In this document: in pieces, positions 32,023-35,307 of the stretch | How the letters are laid out: the number at the start of each line of letters is the position of its first letter | Numbering within the stretch: position 1 is the first letter of the stretch | IMG/VR virus record: IMGVR_UViG_3300020181_000009 | Coordinates: 1 to 35,307 of that record | Strand: one strand, 5' to 3' | From: a virus | DNA: 35,307 nt | Translations under genes and position numbers: made by a program | The notes under the pieces: model-generated | Told to the model about the DNA's origin: nothing | The model's database searches: none | Seen by the model: only the letters and a program-made list of their open reading frames with translations

Positions 32023-33368
32023 CCGATCTGCAGGCGCCGGCCATCGTCGGCCGCATCGGGTCGATGCGCGTGCGCAACGGCCGTTACTTCGATGGTGACG
32101 AGTCCTACCAGCGCACGAGCAACGCGCTCAAGAACATCGAGACGGACACCTATCAGCTCGACGAGTGGAAGGCGAACACGCTCGCGATCGGGCTGTCGTC
32201 GCGGTCCGACCTCGTGCTCGGGGTGGCCGCCGCCGCGCAGTACGACCCGGCGACGGGCAAGCTGACCAGCGAGGCGAAAAGCACGTTGCGCGGACTGCGC
32301 GAGCAGGCGATGCAGGCGGGCAAGAGTAAGGCGGGCAGCAACGCCGGCACCGCCGTGCATACCGCGACCGAGCGGCTCGACATGGGCGAGACCGTCGAGC
32401 AGGTCGGCCTGCCGTACCCGTACGACGTCGACCTCAAAGCGTACGAGACGCTCAAACGGGCGATGCGGCTCAGCTTCCGGCCCGAGCACATCGAACGCAC
32501 CGTGCGGCTCAAGCAGTTCGGCATCGCCGGCACGTTCGACCGCCTCGGCGAGAGCGGGCTGCTCGTCGAGCTCGGCATCCTGGCGCCCGGCGAGCTGCTC
32601 GTCGTGGACGTGAAGACGGAGACCGACCCGCTGCTGAACCTGATTCACATCGCACCGCAGCTCGCCTCGTACGCGCACGGCGACGACATGTTCGTACCCG
32701 AGCCGCAGCCCGCCACCGACGCGGACCCGAGCGGCCCGTTCCGCGGGCGGTACGAGCCGCTGCCGAACGTGAGTAAGGTCGTCGGGCTCGTCGTGCACGT
32801 GCGCGCCGGCCGGGCCGTGCCGTACCTGATCGACCTCACCTCGGGTTGGGCCGGGACGGTCGCGGCGTACGAGCAGCGCGAGCGGATCAAGGCCAGCAAG
32901 ATCAAGCTCGGCGATGAGGGCTGTTGGGCCGTCGCGCTGCCGATCGACCTGCCGCCCGTGACCGAGTTTGTTGCCGACTCGATCGCCCGCGGGCCGCTCG
33001 GTTTCTCGGCGCCCGCCGGCATGACGCACGAGCAGTACGTCGCGCAGCCCGCCCTGCCCGCCGCGCCCGTCATTGAGCAGGCCGTGCGCCGGCCGGATGG
33101 CATGGTCGATTGGGTGCCCGCGGGCATACCGCCCGGCGAGGCGCCGCTCGAGGCGATGCTATGGGAAGCGATCATGTCCGCCGACTCGCTCGAAGAGCTC
33201 GCGCGGTTGTACGAGAACGCGACCGCGACCGGGATCGAATGGCTCGGGCCGATCGCCGAGGCGGGCATCGCCCGCGCAAAGATCGTGCAGTGCGTGCAGC
33301 GCGACCTGCACGTTCCGGCCAGCGGTGGCGCGTGCGCGTGTGGATGGCGCGCGGAGCTTGTGCCCTAA
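32019..33368 (+). CDS. PD-(D/E)XK (RecB/Cas4/YqaJ-like) exonuclease, 449 aa
   Basis: Motifs GTAVHTATE, GTFDRLG...LLVVDVKTE and QLASYA match the D / (D/E)xK / QxxxY nuclease signature. Confidence 0.65.
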   Translation: MTDLQAPAIVGRIGSMRVRNGRYFDGDESYQRTSNALKNIETDTYQLDEWKANTLAIGLSSRSDLVLGVAAAAQYDPATGKLTSEAKSTLRGLREQAMQAGKSKAGSNAGTAVHTATERLDMGETVEQVGLPYPYDVDLKAYETLKRAMRLSFRPEHIERTVRLKQFGIAGTFDRLGESGLLVELGILAPGELLVVDVKTETDPLLNLIHIAPQLASYAHGDDMFVPEPQPATDADPSGPFRGRYEPLPNVSKVVGLVVHVRAGRAVPYLIDLTSGWAGTVAAYEQRERIKASKIKLGDEGCWAVALPIDLPPVTEFVADSIARGPLGFSAPAGMTHEQYVAQPALPAAPVIEQAVRRPDGMVDWVPAGIPPGEAPLEAMLWEAIMSADSLEELARLYENATATGIEWLGPIAEAGIARAKIVQCVQRDLHVPASGGACACGWRAELVP

Positions 33369-33386
33369 TAGATGACGTGTTAGGTT
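33358..33386 (+). promoter_or_regulatory. Promoter box E: TTGTGC-N17-TAGGTT (no ATG follows)
   Basis: Box TAGATGACGTGTTAGGTT at 33369..33386 is near-identical to box B. It would start a ~197-nt untranslated RNA upstream of ATG 33590. Confidence 0.4.
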
Positions 33387-33438
33387 TGTTCCACGCCCCC
33401 CGGCTCATAGGGGTCGGCCCTAAGGGCCGGGGGAGCAC

Positions 33439-33541
33439 GCAGGGGCAGCATGCTGGAGTATGCGCCGCAGCCTTGACGGTATTAGTCCTCGAGCTAGCCG
33501 CCGGCACGCGGAGATCGCGGGTCCGAATCCCGCTCCCTGCT
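33439..33541 (+). other. tRNA-like fragment (T-arm plus acceptor 3' strand); not a canonical tRNA
   Basis: GCGGG-TCCGAAT-CCCGC (33517..33533) resembles a T-arm but has C at the usual T55 position. TCCCTGC (33534..33540) can pair with GCAGGGG (33439..33445). The middle segment is about 30 nt too long and no anticodon arm can be drawn. Confidence 0.3.
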
Positions 33542-33589
33542 CGGTGCGGCCACCCGGCCGCGACCACGGTCCCGTTGATTGGACACAGC

Positions 33590-34309
33590 ATGACGAACCC
33601 GTTCTTGCCGCAGCAGCCGCAGCAGCAGCCCGCTCAGCAGCCGCAGCAGCAGCCCGCTCAGCAGCCGCAGCAGCAGCCGAACCCTTACCAGCAGCAGCCC
33701 GCGGCGCCGGCCGCCCCGGCGAACCCGTACGCCCCGGCCACCCCGCAGCAGTACACACAGCAGCCCGCTCAGTACGGCGCGCCCGCCGCGCAGCAGTACG
33801 CCCCGCCGGCCGCCAACGTCCCCGTTGCGCAGCCCGGCCAGTTCCTCGCCCCGCCGCCGCCGAGCGCGAGCGGCTCGGGCAACATGCCGAAAATCGGCGA
33901 TCTGCAGGGGCGCCTGCTCATCGTGATGCCCGAGTCCCTGCAGCGCGGCCTGCCGAGCAAGTTTCAGGGGCAGGGCGGTGGCGCGCAGTTCGTCGACCGG
34001 ATGACGTGCAAGGTCATCGTGCTCGACGGGGGTCCGCTGTCGTGGGGCGGCACGACCCCGGGCTCGCAGCGGCAGACGGTCAACACGCCGTACGTCGTGA
34101 ATGGCCTGTGGATTCAACAGGTCAAGCTGATCGAGCAGCTCGAGGAAGCGCTGCGCGTCCGCCAGTCGGGCGGGCCGGGCCTGTCCCTCGGTCGCCTGTG
34201 GAAGACGGGGCCGAGCAACAACGATCCGTACGTGCTCGCTGCCCCGCAGCCGCAGGAGGTCGAGCAGTACAACGCGTACGTCTCGCAGCAGAACCCGTTC
34301 GCTGCCTGA
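33590..34309 (+). CDS. Q/P-rich low-complexity N-terminus plus globular C-terminal domain, 239 aa, function unknown
   Basis: ATG 33590 in the frame of track ORF 33110..34309. N-terminus MTNPFLPQQPQQQPAQQ...; C-terminus ...QQNPFAA. Confidence 0.65.
   Translation: MTNPFLPQQPQQQPAQQPQQQPAQQPQQQPNPYQQQPAAPAAPANPYAPATPQQYTQQPAQYGAPAAQQYAPPAANVPVAQPGQFLAPPPPSASGSGNMPKIGDLQGRLLIVMPESLQRGLPSKFQGQGGGAQFVDRMTCKVIVLDGGPLSWGGTTPGSQRQTVNTPYVVNGLWIQQVKLIEQLEEALRVRQSGGPGLSLGRLWKTGPSNNDPYVLAAPQPQEVEQYNAYVSQQNPFAA
33611..33679 (+). repeat. 24-bp tandem repeat, about 2.9 copies, in coding sequence
   Basis: CAGCAGCCGCAGCAGCAGCCCGCT at 33611..33634 and 33635..33658, plus 21 nt of a third copy. Encodes QQPQQQPA units. 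Confidence 0.9.
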
Positions 34310-34323
34310 TCGGCCGATGACGT

Positions 34324-34390
34324 GGGGCGCCCCGAGCAGGTGGTGCAGGGAAGGATGCGGTGCGGGAGCGCGCACCGCACGGGGCGCCCC
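34324..34390 (+). terminator. Composite structure: GGGGCGCCCC palindromes flanking a 9-bp hairpin
   Basis: Palindromes at 34324..34333 and 34381..34390. Hairpin TGCGGTGCG / CGCACCGCA at 34356..34379. Lies between the stop at 34309 and ATG 34411. Confidence 0.4.
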
Positions 34391-34410
34391 GCCCCCTTGG
34401 GAGGGAAGGC

Positions 34411-34614
34411 ATGCAGACATGGGAACAGGCGATGCAGCTAGCGGCCCGTCGGGTGGCGACGACCGGATTTCGGTACCGGGTCTCGTGGAATACCGACGAC
34501 CGGGAGTGGCAGGTTCGCCGGACGGGGCGGGGGCGACGTCTCGGCGAGCGCGTAACGAGCAGGACGCGCGAGACCTCTGCGCCGGGCTCGTCGCGATCGT
34601 CACGGGCGCAGTGA
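34411..34614 (+). CDS. Small protein, 67 aa; only the N-terminal ~40 aa look protein-like (see frame-switch finding)
   Basis: A GGAGGGAAGG Shine-Dalgarno sequence lies 6 nt before ATG 34411. Third codon positions are G/C-rich early on. The tail is Ser/Arg-rich. Confidence 0.45.
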   Translation: MQTWEQAMQLAARRVATTGFRYRVSWNTDDREWQVRRTGRGRRLGERVTSRTRETSAPGSSRSSRAQ

Positions 34615-34709
34615 TCATGCTGCTCGCGGGCGGCTCGCTGCAGGAGGTCGCCGCGATCCTCACCGTGCTGACCGCGGTCGGCGCCGGCATCCTGGCGATC
34701 GCCCGGTGA
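34506..34709 (+). CDS. Two-TM small membrane protein reading frame (start uncertain: GTG 34506, GTG 34611, or entered by a -1 shift from 34411)
   Basis: Frame encodes ...DLCAGLVAIVTGAVIMLLAGGSLQEVAAILTVLTAVGAGILAIAR. Its stop overlaps the rusA GTG (GTGA). Confidence 0.45.
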   Translation: MAGSPDGAGATSRRARNEQDARDLCAGLVAIVTGAVIMLLAGGSLQEVAAILTVLTAVGAGILAIAR

Positions 34710-35307
34710 CCACGCTCAACGTGCTGGTCACCGGGCGGCCCGCTCCCGAGGGGTCGCACGACGTCGGCTCGAACGGGTACGTCATGCACTCGAGCAAGTA
34801 CCTCGCCGCGTGGCGGCACGCGGTCAACCGCGGCACGCGCGAAGCGTACGTCGCGGCCGGACTGTCGGGCGCCGACATGCCGCTCGTGCCGTACCCGCGG
34901 CCGGTATGGGTCACCGTGTTGCATCTGCTGCTCGACGAGCAGTGCCGCGCCGAGGGAACCGACGACCCGACCGGAAAGCCGGACGGAGACAAGCTGCTGC
35001 GCGCCACGATCGACGGACTCGGCGAGGCGCGGGCGTTCGGCGATGACTCGCAGGTCATCGGGCACCGATCGTTCAAGGCGCGGGGCCGCCGGCCCGGCGC
35101 AGTCATTCAGATCACGGACGAACGGCCCTGGTGGGCCGAGATGAACAGGGAGAGATCGACTGTGGAGACGTTCAACCCGAACGGCGAGTACCGCCTCGTG
35201 CTCGAGAAGGTCGGCCACGACAGCGAGGGCGACCGGACGTGGAACACGATGTTCGAGGTCACCGACACGGCCGACGCGATCGCGAGTACGTGGCTGCCCT
35301 CGCTCGA
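34706..35307 (+). CDS. rusA: RusA-like Holliday junction resolvase, 5' part (runs off the window and continues at 1..398; about 290 aa in total)
   Basis: Hand translation VTTLNVLVTGRPAPEGSHDV...PDGDKLLRATIDGLGEARAFGDDSQVI matches the RusA pattern (G.P..KG / D.D..K...D.L). No stop before the window end. Confidence 0.75.
   Translation, partial: MTTLNVLVTGRPAPEGSHDVGSNGYVMHSSKYLAAWRHAVNRGTREAYVAAGLSGADMPLVPYPRPVWVTVLHLLLDEQCRAEGTDDPTGKPDGDKLLRATIDGLGEARAFGDDSQVIGHRSFKARGRRPGAVIQITDERPWWAEMNRERSTVETFNPNGEYRLVLEKVGHDSEGDRTWNTMFEVTDTADAIASTWLPSL
35181..35307. repeat. Terminal overlap copy 2 (identical to 1..127)
   Basis: Same 127 bases as the window start. Confidence 0.9.

Noticed and set aside
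33439-33541. Calling this a bona fide tRNA gene.
   Set aside because: It is about 103 nt long and has no drawable anticodon arm. The D-arm candidate lacks the usual T8, A14 and loop pattern and coincides with the palindrome CAGCATGCTG. The T-loop has C at the position of the normally invariant T55. It is kept only as a tRNA-like fragment.
33611-33679. Tandem repeats as a possible CRISPR array or satellite.
   Set aside because: The copies are contiguous without spacers, in frame, and inside a coding sequence (Q/P-rich protein arm).

Overview
The window is a complete, circularly assembled genome of a small, GC-rich siphovirus-type phage, gene content typical of actinobacteriophages. Bases 1..127 are identical to 35181..35307, so the true unit length is 35,180 bp.

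One long minus-strand transcription unit runs from about 29993 down to 1350. In order it carries:
- an RHH regulator, a prim-pol/P4-type primase-helicase, an SF2 helicase and a C5 DNA methyltransferase;
- an excisionase-like HTH protein, an HNH endonuclease and a chain of small Cys-rich ORFs;
- TerS, TerL, an HK97-type portal, prohead protease and major capsid protein;
- a connector, tail tube, G/GT chaperones with a GGGAAAC -1 frameshift, and the tape measure;
- Dit, a Tal-like protein, further minor tail proteins and the lysis cassette.

A shorter plus-strand early operon runs from 30050 across the junction to 398. It encodes small and membrane proteins, a PD-(D/E)XK exonuclease, a Q/P-rich protein and an extended RusA.

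The two units diverge at a mirror-symmetric operator near 30,018. They converge on a small insulated island at 399..1350.

Most notable observations:
- a six-copy 18-nt promoter box placed 6-7 nt upstream of leaderless ATGs;
- a perfect 18-bp inverted repeat that carries both divergent -10 elements next to the RHH gene;
- 29-bp AT-rich inverted repeats bracketing a small-ORF cassette;
- a Stealth-like sugar-phosphotransferase inserted between the prohead protease and the capsid gene;
- a tRNA-like fragment in a promoter-bearing 221-nt gap, in a genome with no recognisable integrase.

No rRNA gene, bona fide tRNA, CRISPR array, integrase, partition system or CI-like repressor was recognised. 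All family calls rest on motif reading by eye; no searches were run.
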